Source: an uncultured Bacilli bacterium (GTDB lineage: Bacteria > Bacillota_I > Bacilli_A > RF39 > UBA660). From it: 64,000 bases of DNA. Made by a program: the position numbers and the translations under genes. Numbering within the stretch: the stretch's first letter is position 1; the number at the start of each line of letters is the position of its first letter. Positions 29,417 through 39,096 of the stretch are shown here, piece after piece. The stretch covers positions 4,157 through 68,156 of the forward strand of contig CALVJR010000004.1 in the NCBI GenBank assembly GCA_944332295.1, written 5' to 3'. The notes beneath the pieces were generated by a model. The model ran no database searches. It was not told the origin of the DNA and was given only the letters and a program-made list of their open reading frames with translations.

Positions 29417-31999
29417 TTAAACTGTTCTCGTTTTTTTCGTTATTAATTTTCTTAACCAATCTACAGGAATTACTGTTGCTGCTAGAAGAATAGTAATTCC
29501 TAATTCTTTTGGTGATAATCCGTATGCTCGAAATAGATCCCCTCCATAATATATTAAATATAGCTGCACAATTATGATAAATATAATGATAATTATAAAT
29601 ACTTTATTCTTACTTAAGTTAGATAATAAATTTAATCTTGGAGTTCTTGCATTAAAACAATTAAATATTCCCATGAAGATAAATAAGGCAAAAAATGCTG
29701 TCATTAAGTATTTATCTGTGCCATTTGTACGATACATAGTCTCTATCCATGGACTTTTTAGGAAAAAGATGCATAGTAATGCGGAATAAAATCCAGTGAA
29801 TATAATTTCACTATACATATAAGAGTTCATTATTTTTTCATCTTTTGGTTTTGGCTTTTCTTCCATATATGATTTTAATGGTGCCTCATATGAGAAAGCA
29901 ATTCCAGCTAATGTATCCATAATCATATTAATCCATAGCATTTGCATTACTGTTACAGGGCTTTCTATACCAATAAATGGACCTATGATTGATAAACTTA
30001 CAGCACATAAATTAATTGTTAACTGGAATATAATAAACTTTCTAATACTTTTAAAAATTGTTCTTCCATAAAATATAGCACTGGCAATCGATAAGAAATT
30101 ATCATCTAGTATAACAATATCACTAGCTTCTTTCGCAACTTCGGTACCACTTCCCATGGCAAATCCAACATCTGCCTTTTTTAATGCAGGAGCATCATTT
30201 ACTCCATCACCAGTCATTCCTACTACTAGGTTTTCTTCTTCTGCCAATCTTACTAGTCTACTTTTATCTTGAGGCATACTTCTAGCAACTATTTTCAATC
30301 TTGAAAGTATTTTTTTTACTTCGTTATCTGATAACCTATTTAACTCATCACTTGTTAATACTACATCTTCTCTATTCGTAATTAAACCTACTTCTTTTCC
30401 AATACTGATAGCCGTATCTTTATTATCTCCAGTAATCATTACTGTTTGAATTCCTGCATTTTGTACTAACTCTACTCCGCTTCTTGCTTCTTGTCTAACA
30501 TCATCTTTAATATATAAAACGCCAATTAATGTTAGTCTTTCTAGTCGTTCTAGGTTGTAATTATCATTATATGCTAAGAGTATGGCTCGGATACCTTCTT
30601 TTGTCTTCTTTTTTATTTCTTGTTCTAAGATAACTTTATTTAATAACTGCTCTTTTCTTCCTGACTTTGCTACATAAGTTTTACAAAGTGGTAATAGTTT
30701 TTCAGGAGAACCTTTGATATAATTTATCTTTTCTCCTATGTCGATAATTGCACCCGAAAATTTGTTTTTACTATCGAAAGGAATTGTTTTTAGTTTATGA
30801 TATTTTTTCCTTTTATCCGACTTAATAAATTCTAATATTGCTCTATCTGTTGTATTGCCTCCGATTGCTTTTTTCTCTTGATCTAAATAACTTCCATTAT
30901 TATATAAGCAATTATTTTTTAAATGCTCGTGAAGAAATTTATGTACTTCTACATCTTGTTCTGTTTTATATTCTGTTCCTGTTCCATCTTGAAATCCTAC
31001 TACCTCTAATTTTCCTTTGGTTAAGGTTCCTGTTTTATCAGTAAATAAAATATTTAGGCTTCCAGCGGTTTCTATTCCTACCATTTTTCTTACTAATACA
31101 TTACTTTTTAACATTTTTTTCATATTTGATGATAATACTAAAGTAATCATCATAGGTAAACCTTCTGGGACTGCTACTACGATAATTGTAACACTTAATG
31201 TTAGAGCATAAATTAAGTGATTCATTAACACTGGAAAATTAGTAATCGTTTTTAGTATTTTATCCAAATTAAAAGAATTGGCTATTATTATTTCTGTAAA
31301 AAGATAAGAAATGGCTACTAAAACTGCACTTACATATCCTATTTTACTAATAAACTTCGCTAATTCTCTTAATCTTATTTTTAAAGGACTTTCTTGTCCT
31401 GTTTCTTGTAATTCTTTACTCATTTTACCATAGAAGGTTTTATCTCCTACTTCTGTTACTTCCATGTAAGCTTCTTCTGCATAAATTACAGTTCCACGAT
31501 AGAGCTTTTCTCCTAAGCGTTTCTCTACTTCTTTTGCTTCTCCATTCATACTAGATTCATCTACTAGTACTGATCCTTCTTTGATAATACCATCTGCTGA
31601 TATTTTATCTCCTGTTTGTAGAAGAACTAGATCTTTTACAACTACATCCTCTATTGGTATTTCTATTATTTTATTATCTCGTTTTACTTTACATTTTAGC
31701 TTGGACGATTCTTCTTGTAATCTTTTAAATGCCTCTTCACTTCCATACTCAGATAATGTAGAAATTAAAGAAGCTATTAATATTGCTATTACAATTCCTA
31801 ATGTTTCAAACCAATCAAAGTCATGAAATAAGAATACTGTTTTAATTCCTAATGCTATTAATAATATCTTAACAATTGGATCTGCTAGAGATTCTAAAAA
31901 TAGTTTTACAATACTTTTTCTTTTTTGTCTAGTGATTTCATTACTGCCATATTTTTTTCTTTGTTCTATTACTTCTTTGTTAGTTAGACCGTTTCCCAT
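29417..31999 (-). CDS. calcium-translocating P-type (P2) ATPase
   Basis: DKTGTLTKGKL, TGDNKDTA, GDGVNDAPALKKADVG and PEGLP in TM4. Confidence 0.9.
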   Translation of the reverse strand: MGNGLTNKEVIEQRKKYGSNEITRQKRKSIVKLFLESLADPIVKILLIALGIKTVFLFHDFDWFETLGIVIAILIASLISTLSEYGSEEAFKRLQEESSKLKCKVKRDNKIIEIPIEDVVVKDLVLLQTGDKISADGIIKEGSVLVDESSMNGEAKEVEKRLGEKLYRGTVIYAEEAYMEVTEVGDKTFYGKMSKELQETGQESPLKIRLRELAKFISKIGYVSAVLVAISYLFTEIIIANSFNLDKILKTITNFPVLMNHLIYALTLSVTIIVVAVPEGLPMMITLVLSSNMKKMLKSNVLVRKMVGIETAGSLNILFTDKTGTLTKGKLEVVGFQDGTGTEYKTEQDVEVHKFLHEHLKNNCLYNNGSYLDQEKKAIGGNTTDRAILEFIKSDKRKKYHKLKTIPFDSKNKFSGAIIDIGEKINYIKGSPEKLLPLCKTYVAKSGRKEQLLNKVILEQEIKKKTKEGIRAILLAYNDNYNLERLERLTLIGVLYIKDDVRQEARSGVELVQNAGIQTVMITGDNKDTAISIGKEVGLITNREDVVLTSDELNRLSDNEVKKILSRLKIVARSMPQDKSRLVRLAEEENLVVGMTGDGVNDAPALKKADVGFAMGSGTEVAKEASDIVILDDNFLSIASAIFYGRTIFKSIRKFIIFQLTINLCAVSLSIIGPFIGIESPVTVMQMLWINMIMDTLAGIAFSYEAPLKSYMEEKPKPKDEKIMNSYMYSEIIFTGFYSALLCIFFLKSPWIETMYRTNGTDKYLMTAFFALFIFMGIFNCFNARTPRLNLLSNLSKNKVFIIIIIFIIIVQLYLIYYGGDLFRAYGLSPKELGITILLAATVIPVDWLRKLITKKTRTV

Positions 32000-32039
32000 A
32001 AATTTCCTCCTAACAAAGTGTATGTTAGAGGATGGTATT

Positions 32040-33035
32040 CTATGATAGATTCTTTTTTATATATTGTTTTGGTTGATATACAAAATCTTTTTCTGTTACA
32101 AACTTGTGTAATTCTTCTATTTGATTTTCACCTATTACTTTTTCCTGAAATTTTATAATGTTATTATTATGTAATAGTTCATTTATTTCTTTTAAGTCTT
32201 CTAACGTAGGATTACTACTTATGAATGTTTTGGCGAAGATATATCCCAGGGTATGTTTATAGATGTTTAAATTGTGATTAGTTCTATCCCAGAAATATGT
32301 TAAGTTTGTCTTTATTACTCTAGGAGAGAGATTGGTCTTTTGCGCCAACTTATCATATGAGTCCATTGTAATTTTATTACTGTCTTTTTGTTCTAAGAAT
32401 AGAGGTAACATTACTTGTAAATATTTTAAATTATCCGTGTATATTAATCCTCTATATTGCTGTAATAGACTGATGTCATATTCTCTATACCCTTTTTTTC
32501 TTAGAAACTCTTGGAACATTAATTCTGCTATAATCGATACTGTCTCTGTAAATACTCTATTCATTATATAATTATTTAGGTTTAGTCGATGAAACATTTC
32601 ATGTACAATGTCTTGTGCTTGGATTATCGTATTTGTTTTTCTTATTATAATTTTATAGTCTTTCTTTACCACACTACCTAGAATACAGCTTTTCTTATTT
32701 TCACTAAATTGTAGTTTTCCTTCTTTGCATTCTTTTAGTAATTGTTTTTGATAACTTTCATCACATTGTCCTAAAAATTCGGCTGCTAATAATATACTTT
32801 CCTCCTCCGATATATATGGTAAGCATCCGTGAACTTGTCCTACTTCTAAAGGTAGTTTAGCGTCTTTTATTATGATATATACCTGATCCATAAACTTAAA
32901 TAAAAAAGGATCTTGATTTTCTATTTGTTTTAGATAACAATTAATCTTTGCTGGTATCTTAAAATAGTGTTCTCTCATCATTAGTAATACCTTCTTTTGA
33001 TATTTTATTTTATCATTTGTGTTTGTTTTTTTCAA
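32040..33035 (-). CDS. hypothetical protein with HExxH motif (possible M3-like metallopeptidase)
   Basis: VHEMFHRL with a downstream Glu (IAELMFQE). Confidence 0.4.
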   Translation of the reverse strand: MKKTNTNDKIKYQKKVLLMMREHYFKIPAKINCYLKQIENQDPFLFKFMDQVYIIIKDAKLPLEVGQVHGCLPYISEEESILLAAEFLGQCDESYQKQLLKECKEGKLQFSENKKSCILGSVVKKDYKIIIRKTNTIIQAQDIVHEMFHRLNLNNYIMNRVFTETVSIIAELMFQEFLRKKGYREYDISLLQQYRGLIYTDNLKYLQVMLPLFLEQKDSNKITMDSYDKLAQKTNLSPRVIKTNLTYFWDRTNHNLNIYKHTLGYIFAKTFISSNPTLEDLKEINELLHNNNIIKFQEKVIGENQIEELHKFVTEKDFVYQPKQYIKKNLS

Positions 33036-33075
33036 TCAGTTCTATTTTATGATATGATTGTTGTGAGGCGATTTT

Positions 33076-33966
33076 ATGCAGGAATTAGAAAAATGTTATT
33101 TATGTCCTAGAAATTGTGGAGTTAATCGTTATCATAGTGTTGGAGTTTGTGGTGCTAGTGATAAAATCAAAGTTGCTCATTATGGTTTGCACTACTGGGA
33201 AGAACCTATTATTTCTGGTAATTCTGGTAGTGGTACTATTTTCTTTTCTTATTGTAATTTAAAATGTATTTTTTGTCAGAACTATAAAATTAGTACAGGT
33301 GGCTATGGAAAAGAAATTACGGAAGAACGCCTTCAAGAGTTGTATCTAGAATTACAGGAGAAAGGTGCTAATAATATTAATCTAGTCACTCCGACTCATT
33401 ATGTTCCACAAATTGTTTCATCTATTCATAAAATCAAAGATGATAAGTTAAAAATACCTATTGTTTATAATACAAGTAGCTATGAAAATGTATCTACTAT
33501 CCAAATGCTTGATGGTATTGTTGATATTTACTTGGCTGATTTAAAATACTTTGATGATAATTTGGCTTGTAATTATTCTCATTGTAAAGATTATTTTCAT
33601 TATGCTAGTCTTGCTATTTCCGAAATGGTTAAACAGATTGGATCTTTCGTTATTGAAAATGATTTGATGAAACGTGGAGTCATTGTCAGGATACTTATTT
33701 TACCTGGGCATGTAGAGGATGCTAAAAGACTAGTACATTATTTATATACTATTTATCATGATGATATTATCATCAGTTTGATGAATCAGTATACTCCTTT
33801 GAAGAATTTTGATAAATATCCTAATTTAAATAAAAAAGTTAGTGATGATGAATATCAGGAAGTTATTAATTATGCTTTAGATTTGGGAGTTAAATTTGCT
33901 TTTATTCAAGAGGGAGAAACACAGAGTGAAAGTTTTATTCCAAATTTTGATTGTTCTAGGATATAA
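33076..33966 (+). CDS. radical SAM protein (PflX/pyruvate formate-lyase activase-like)
   Basis: CNLKCIFCQN (CxxxCxxC) plus an N-terminal extra Cys cluster CYLCPRNCGVN. Confidence 0.8.
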   Translation: MQELEKCYLCPRNCGVNRYHSVGVCGASDKIKVAHYGLHYWEEPIISGNSGSGTIFFSYCNLKCIFCQNYKISTGGYGKEITEERLQELYLELQEKGANNINLVTPTHYVPQIVSSIHKIKDDKLKIPIVYNTSSYENVSTIQMLDGIVDIYLADLKYFDDNLACNYSHCKDYFHYASLAISEMVKQIGSFVIENDLMKRGVIVRILILPGHVEDAKRLVHYLYTIYHDDIIISLMNQYTPLKNFDKYPNLNKKVSDDEYQEVINYALDLGVKFAFIQEGETQSESFIPNFDCSRI

Positions 33967-33986
33967 TATATGTAGAGGTGATATAT

Positions 33987-34229
33987 ATGAAAAATTATAG
34001 AATTAACCCGGATAAAAAATATGTTTCTGTTATTATGGAAGGGTTACAGAAGAAAGATGGACATTGTCCATGTAGAGTTAATGTAGATGATACTACTTTA
34101 TGTCCATGTGACGAGTTCATCAAGGATGGTATTTGTAAATGTAAATTATATATTCCAATGGAAGAGGCAGAGGAAAAATTAAGAAAAATTAAGGATAAAG
34201 AAAAAGAACATGGAGATAGCCTTAAGTAA
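33987..34229 (+). CDS. ferredoxin-thioredoxin reductase catalytic-subunit-like protein
   Basis: Cys pattern HCPCR ... CPCDEF ... CKCKLY. ATG 33987 follows GAGGTG. Confidence 0.5.
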   Translation: MKNYRINPDKKYVSVIMEGLQKKDGHCPCRVNVDDTTLCPCDEFIKDGICKCKLYIPMEEAEEKLRKIKDKEKEHGDSLK

Positions 34230-34632
34230 ATCATTAACTGCCAAAGAATATCATCAGATGATTAGTGATTTCTATGCGAATACTTATGGACTTGTTGAGG
34301 TTTCTGCTAAAACAACTTGCACTCCTCATCATCCCTCTCTTTTTGAAACTATCGGAAGAGCAAATTCCAATCATAATTTTGTAAATACCGTTACTTCTGT
34401 TTCTGGAATTTTAAGAGAAAACGGTGAGGATTTCTCTTTTTCTCATGAACTTTCTCATTCAGATCTTGAAGAAATATTATGTGCTAGATTTTCCGATTAT
34501 ACAGTAGATGATTTTTCTGTTCATACTTGTTCTGTTCTTTCAATATTTTCAAAGAGTGGTTTTAAAGAAAAATTTTTAGGAATTGATATTCAACTTCATA
34601 AAAATATTAAAAACAATCTTATTCGAAAATAA
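34210..34632 (+). CDS. hypothetical protein (140 aa)
   Basis: ORF overlapping the upstream gene by 20 nt. No motif recognised. Confidence 0.4.
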   Translation: MEIALSKSLTAKEYHQMISDFYANTYGLVEVSAKTTCTPHHPSLFETIGRANSNHNFVNTVTSVSGILRENGEDFSFSHELSHSDLEEILCARFSDYTVDDFSVHTCSVLSIFSKSGFKEKFLGIDIQLHKNIKNNLIRK

Positions 34633-34727
34633 TTGTTTGTGAAAAAATGATGAAATTTGTAATACTTTCAGAGTATTTTTATTGGTGATTTTTGCAAACT
34701 ATGATATATTGATATGGGAGGTAGAAA

Positions 34728-35291
34728 ATGAAAAAGTTTAAATTTCTATTCGTAATGTTAATTGGAATTTTATTGATACCGTGTACAGTGTTTGCAGCCG
34801 ATACTGATACTAGTGAGGATGCAAGTTCAGATGAAAAAGTAAATGTTTATTTTTTCTATGGTAATGGATGCGGATATTGCGCTAATGCAGAAGAGTTTTT
34901 CGATGATTTGAAAGAAGACTACGGAGATCAATTTAATTTGGTAATGTATGAAACATGGTATGATGAAGATAATGCCAACTTAGTGGAGAAAGTAGCAGAT
35001 GCTCGAAAAGAAGAAGTAGAGGGTGTTCCTTACATTATTATAGGTAATCAATCATGGAATGGATATGATTCTTCCTATGATGAGGAAATCATTAGTAAAA
35101 TCGAGTCAGAATATAAGACAGATCCTGATGAAAGATATGACATTATGAATTATGTAGATGATATTGACTTGTCTGGTGCTGCTACATCTACAAATAGTTA
35201 TGCTGGTGATATTGCTGTAGTTATTGCTATAGTATTAGTTGTTGCAGCTGTTGGCGGTGGAATTTGGTATGCTAGAAAAAAGGCTGCTTAA
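34728..35291 (+). CDS. secreted/anchored thioredoxin-fold protein
   Basis: Signal peptide, GCGYC (CxxC) after a beta strand (VYFFYG), and a C-terminal TM. Confidence 0.6.
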   Translation: MKKFKFLFVMLIGILLIPCTVFAADTDTSEDASSDEKVNVYFFYGNGCGYCANAEEFFDDLKEDYGDQFNLVMYETWYDEDNANLVEKVADARKEEVEGVPYIIIGNQSWNGYDSSYDEEIISKIESEYKTDPDERYDIMNYVDDIDLSGAATSTNSYAGDIAVVIAIVLVVAAVGGGIWYARKKAA

Positions 35292-35316
35292 AATTTACAA
35301 TTATAATCTATTACTT

Positions 35317-35344
35317 AAAACTGCTATTTGTTAGCAGTTTTTTA
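35317..35344 (+). terminator. rho-independent terminator
   Basis: AAAACTGCTA-TTTG-TTAGCAGTTTT followed by T residues. Confidence 0.6.
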
Positions 35345-35373
35345 TTGACTTTTCATTTTTTATGATGTATAAC
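35345..35373 (+). promoter_or_regulatory. sigmaA-type promoter of the ytrA-like operon
   Basis: TTGACT, 17 nt spacer, TATAAC. Confidence 0.5.
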
Positions 35374-35405
35374 TGTATTAATCAACTAACACAAAGGAGG
35401 TTGTT

Positions 35406-35768
35406 ATGGAGTTTGAATTTGATGATGATAAACCAATCTATAAACAATTGGTCGAAAAATTAAAATTAGAAATTGTTCTAGGACACTTCAAAAGTGGTGA
35501 TAGGCTTCCTTCTGTTAGAGAACTTTCTACTTTGATATGTGTTAATCCTAATACTATTCAAAGATCTTTGGCAGAATTAGAAGATGAACATTTAATTATA
35601 ACTAAGCGTACTTCTGGAAAATTTGTTACAGAAGATGAAGATATCATTCATCAAGCAAAACAAGAGTTGGCAAAAGATAAAATTAATACCTTTGTCTCTG
35701 ATATGGAGACTTTGGGATTAAAACCTGAAGATATTGTAAAATTGTTGAAAGAGAGGAAAAATTCATAA
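35406..35768 (+). CDS. GntR-family (YtrA-subfamily) transcriptional regulator
   Basis: Short 120-aa GntR with the wHTH LPSVRELSTLICVNPNTIQRSLAELE. Confidence 0.85.
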   Translation: MEFEFDDDKPIYKQLVEKLKLEIVLGHFKSGDRLPSVRELSTLICVNPNTIQRSLAELEDEHLIITKRTSGKFVTEDEDIIHQAKQELAKDKINTFVSDMETLGLKPEDIVKLLKERKNS

Positions 35769-36463
35769 TGGAATTTATTGAGTTTAAAAATTTGTCTAAA
35801 AATTTTGGACCTAAAGAAGCACTAAAAAATATTAACCTTAAAATTGAAAAAGGAAAGATTTACGGATTACTTGGTCCTAATGGTAGTGGTAAGACTACTA
35901 TGATTAAAATCATTAATGATTTATTACAGCCAACGTCTGGAGAGATTTTAATTAACGGACGTGAACCTGGTATTGAAAGTAAAAAAATTATATCATTTTT
36001 ACCTGAGAGAACTTATTTAAATATGAATATGAAAGTATCCGAATTAATTCAGTTTTTTAAAGATTTTTATGAAGATTTTGATGAAAAAAAAGCAATACAG
36101 CTATTACATAAATTAAAAATTAAAGAAACTGATCAGCTAAAAAATATGTCTAAAGGTACCAAAGAGAAGGTACAATTAGTGATGGTTATGAGTAGAAAAG
36201 CAGATTTATATATTTTAGATGAACCAATTGGTGGTGTTGATCCTGCTAGTCGTGATTATATATTAGAAACTATTCTTACGAACTTTAATGAAGGTTCTTC
36301 CATTCTTATTTCTACTCATTTGATTTCTGATATTGAAAAGATTCTTGATCAAGTTATCTTTATTAATCAAGGTAAGATTGTATTAAATGAAGATGCTGAT
36401 ACAATCCGTAAAAAGAAAAAAACAACTATTGATAAGTTGTTTAGGGAGGAATTTAAATGCTAA
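35768..36463 (+). CDS. ABC transporter ATP-binding protein
   Basis: Walker A GPNGSGKTT, signature MSKGTKEKV, Walker B LYILDEP. Confidence 0.9.
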   Translation: MEFIEFKNLSKNFGPKEALKNINLKIEKGKIYGLLGPNGSGKTTMIKIINDLLQPTSGEILINGREPGIESKKIISFLPERTYLNMNMKVSELIQFFKDFYEDFDEKKAIQLLHKLKIKETDQLKNMSKGTKEKVQLVMVMSRKADLYILDEPIGGVDPASRDYILETILTNFNEGSSILISTHLISDIEKILDQVIFINQGKIVLNEDADTIRKKKKTTIDKLFREEFKC

Positions 36464-37239
36464 GTAAATTATTAAAATATGATTTTAAATCTTTATCCAA
36501 AATATCAATTCCTGTTTATCTAGTTAGTTTGTTACTGGCTTTACTTACTAGAGTTATTAATATGTTAGCGGATAAGTTTCATGTATTCTCTGTTCCTAGT
36601 GGATTTATTAGTGGTATCTTTGTTGTTGTATTGATTGCTATACCTATCGCCACTTTTATTTTTACTATTCTTAAGTTTTATCAAAACTTAATCAAAGATG
36701 AAGGATATTTAATGCATACTTTACCTGTTAGCAAAAATAGTTTAATTTTATCTAAGACTATTAGTTCTACTGTATTTATTGTTATCTCTTTTATCTTTTC
36801 TATTCTATTCTTATTTGTTGGTGTTTATGGAATTTGGTTTGATTCTAAGCTTTTATCATTAATTTGGGATTTATTTAAGCAAGTTGATACTGTATTTATC
36901 ATACTCATTATGCTTTCTATTTTAATTAGTGTTATTTTCAATCAAGTTATGATATATGCGTCTATTGCTCTTGGTCAAAAGCATAATAATAAAGTTATGT
37001 ATTCTGTAATTTATGGTGTAGTACTTTATAATGTTACTCAAATACTTTCTGTAGTAATTTTACTTCCTGTGATGTTTTTAGATCCTAATTATCAAAAATA
37101 CATTAATGGTACTTCTATTAGTGATTTTGGACTTATTAATGGATATTTATTGTTTGCTTTATTCTTATCTATATTATTTACTGTAGCATATTATGTTCTT
37201 ACCGTTAAAGTATTAGATAAAAAACTAAATTTAGGGTAA
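36457..37239 (+). CDS. ABC-associated multi-pass membrane protein (permease)
   Basis: About six hydrophobic helices. Overlaps the ATPase gene by 7 nt. Confidence 0.6.
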   Translation: MLSKLLKYDFKSLSKISIPVYLVSLLLALLTRVINMLADKFHVFSVPSGFISGIFVVVLIAIPIATFIFTILKFYQNLIKDEGYLMHTLPVSKNSLILSKTISSTVFIVISFIFSILFLFVGVYGIWFDSKLLSLIWDLFKQVDTVFIILIMLSILISVIFNQVMIYASIALGQKHNNKVMYSVIYGVVLYNVTQILSVVILLPVMFLDPNYQKYINGTSISDFGLINGYLLFALFLSILFTVAYYVLTVKVLDKKLNLG

Positions 37240-37272
37240 AAAAAGATTGCTTCTTAGGAAGCAATTTTTTTA
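37240..37272. terminator. bidirectional terminator
   Basis: ATTGCTTC-TTAG-GAAGCAAT flanked by A-run and T-run. Confidence 0.6.
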
Positions 37273-38202
37273 TGGAAGAATTAACTCTTGACCAATAGAT
37301 AGTAGATTGGATGTTAAATTATTTAATAATTTTATCTCTTCTACACTGGTATTATTATCTTTAGCTATTGACCATAGACTGTCACCTTTTTGAACTATGT
37401 ATGTTTTCTTTAATTCTTTTTTAGGAATTTTTAATTTGTCACCAATTTGTAGATTTACGGTTTCTAAATTGTTAATTTCAATTAAATCATCTACTGGTAC
37501 ATCGTATTTTTGAGAAATTAACCATAGACTATCCCCTTTTACTACCGTATAAATTTCATATTCCTCATCTTCTGGTATATCTAATTTTGGTACTTTTAAT
37601 TGTTGTCCAATATACAAATTATTACTTGTTATATTATTTAGTCTTTTTAATTCGTCTACTGTTATATCATATTTTCTGGCAATACCGTATAATGTATCTC
37701 CTTTTTGGACTGTATAAGTTTCATAAGTTGGTGTGATTGCTGTTACAGGGATAAATAATACTTGCCCTATCTGAAGTAAGTCTGAAGTTAAATTATTTAA
37801 TCTTTTTAATTCTGTAACCGTTGTATTAAACTCGCTTGCAATTTTTGATAAGGTATCTCCTTTTACTACAGTATATATATTATTTTCTGTACTCATACCT
37901 GGTGGAATATAAGTATAGCCTCCATAATCAGCGATTGCTTTTACTACACCTTCTACATAATCAATTAAATTATTTTGTAGCTTTTGTTGGTCTGCAGCAT
38001 TATCAATAAAACCATATTCTACTAAAAGTGATTGCATTGGTGTTGTTTCTCTAATAATATAGTAATAATCTTTACTAGGATCTTCTGGTAACCTTCTTTG
38101 ATAAATTTTTCTCATCTTTTGACCTGCATCACCAATATTTTCTAGTGCCATACTAGCTAATGTATCATCATTGCGAAGCGCATAGACAATTTCAGCACCT
38201 TC
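37270..38202 (-). pseudogene. 3' fragment of a split N-acetylmuramoyl-L-alanine amidase gene (end of the Amidase_3 domain plus four LysM repeats)
   Basis: The frame is open upstream of the ATG at 38151 and reads EGAEIVYALRNDDTLAS. It continues with LLVEYGFIDN and four LysM repeats of the form Y-T/I-V-x-KGD-T/S-L...IGQ. There is no own start or RBS at the true N-terminus. Confidence 0.85.
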
Positions 38203-38216
38203 TCCTCCTGGTGATA

Positions 38217-38227
38217 GTCATTGTGTA
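38217..38227. repeat. sub-terminal inverted repeat arm (left)
   Basis: GTCATTGTGTA is the exact reverse complement of 49250..49260. Confidence 0.7.
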
Positions 38228-38236
38228 GTTAATTTA

Positions 38237-38914
38237 TTATTCTTCGATTTCTTCTAATATACCCTCTATCAAATATTCATATAATACATCACTAACTTTT
38301 TGTGTACGTAATCCTGTATCTATATCCAATTGTTCCGTTGCAACACTCCCTGTTCCATTCCAATAAGCTTTTGCAATTCTATCTATAGAATTCTTATCAA
38401 AAGTAGAAATATCACAATTCCACATTCTTGTTACGATTTCCATATTACATTTAGCTATTTTTATACAGGAATCCAACACGCTATTAGTTTTCTTCAACCT
38501 AAATTTTTTTACTTTTTTTAAATTCCACCCATACCATTTACTAGCTTTTTTACAACTATCGTAATCTCCAAAAGCATAAACACACGAAAATCTTGATGGA
38601 TAATTTTTATAATCACTCACCCTTATATATTCTAATATATATTCCGTATTATATCCATTAACAACAGTCATACTATGAGATGATGGACTACTAAAAGTTG
38701 TTTTATTAGGAATAAATGGAGCATAAACGATATTCCCACAGATAAAATCTTCTATTTTATCTGGTTCTGCTGTAAGGTTTCTAAAACCACTGGATACAAT
38801 GGTTTTATTTAATTTGTAGTTATGAAAATTAATCTGACTATATGAATTTTTTCCTTGTCCAATAAAAATATAAAATACTTTGGGAGCTTCTTCATTAATA
38901 TTTAATAAATTCAT
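38237..38914 (-). CDS. hypothetical protein (225 aa), last gene of the element
   Basis: Clean ORF. No domain recognised. Confidence 0.5.
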   Translation of the reverse strand: MNLLNINEEAPKVFYIFIGQGKNSYSQINFHNYKLNKTIVSSGFRNLTAEPDKIEDFICGNIVYAPFIPNKTTFSSPSSHSMTVVNGYNTEYILEYIRVSDYKNYPSRFSCVYAFGDYDSCKKASKWYGWNLKKVKKFRLKKTNSVLDSCIKIAKCNMEIVTRMWNCDISTFDKNSIDRIAKAYWNGTGSVATEQLDIDTGLRTQKVSDVLYEYLIEGILEEIEE

Positions 38915-39096
38915 ACCTTTATATCACCTTTTTACTTCATTTCAATTTTTTTATCAAATTCTCATATTATTCTTTGCTTTTCCTTATTCATGTATTCTTT
39001 ATCAATTATTCTTGCAAACTTCTTAAAAAGCCATATTTCTTTTTTAGTATAGTAATTATTTACAATAGTTCTAGTTTCTGCTCTCAATGATGATCC

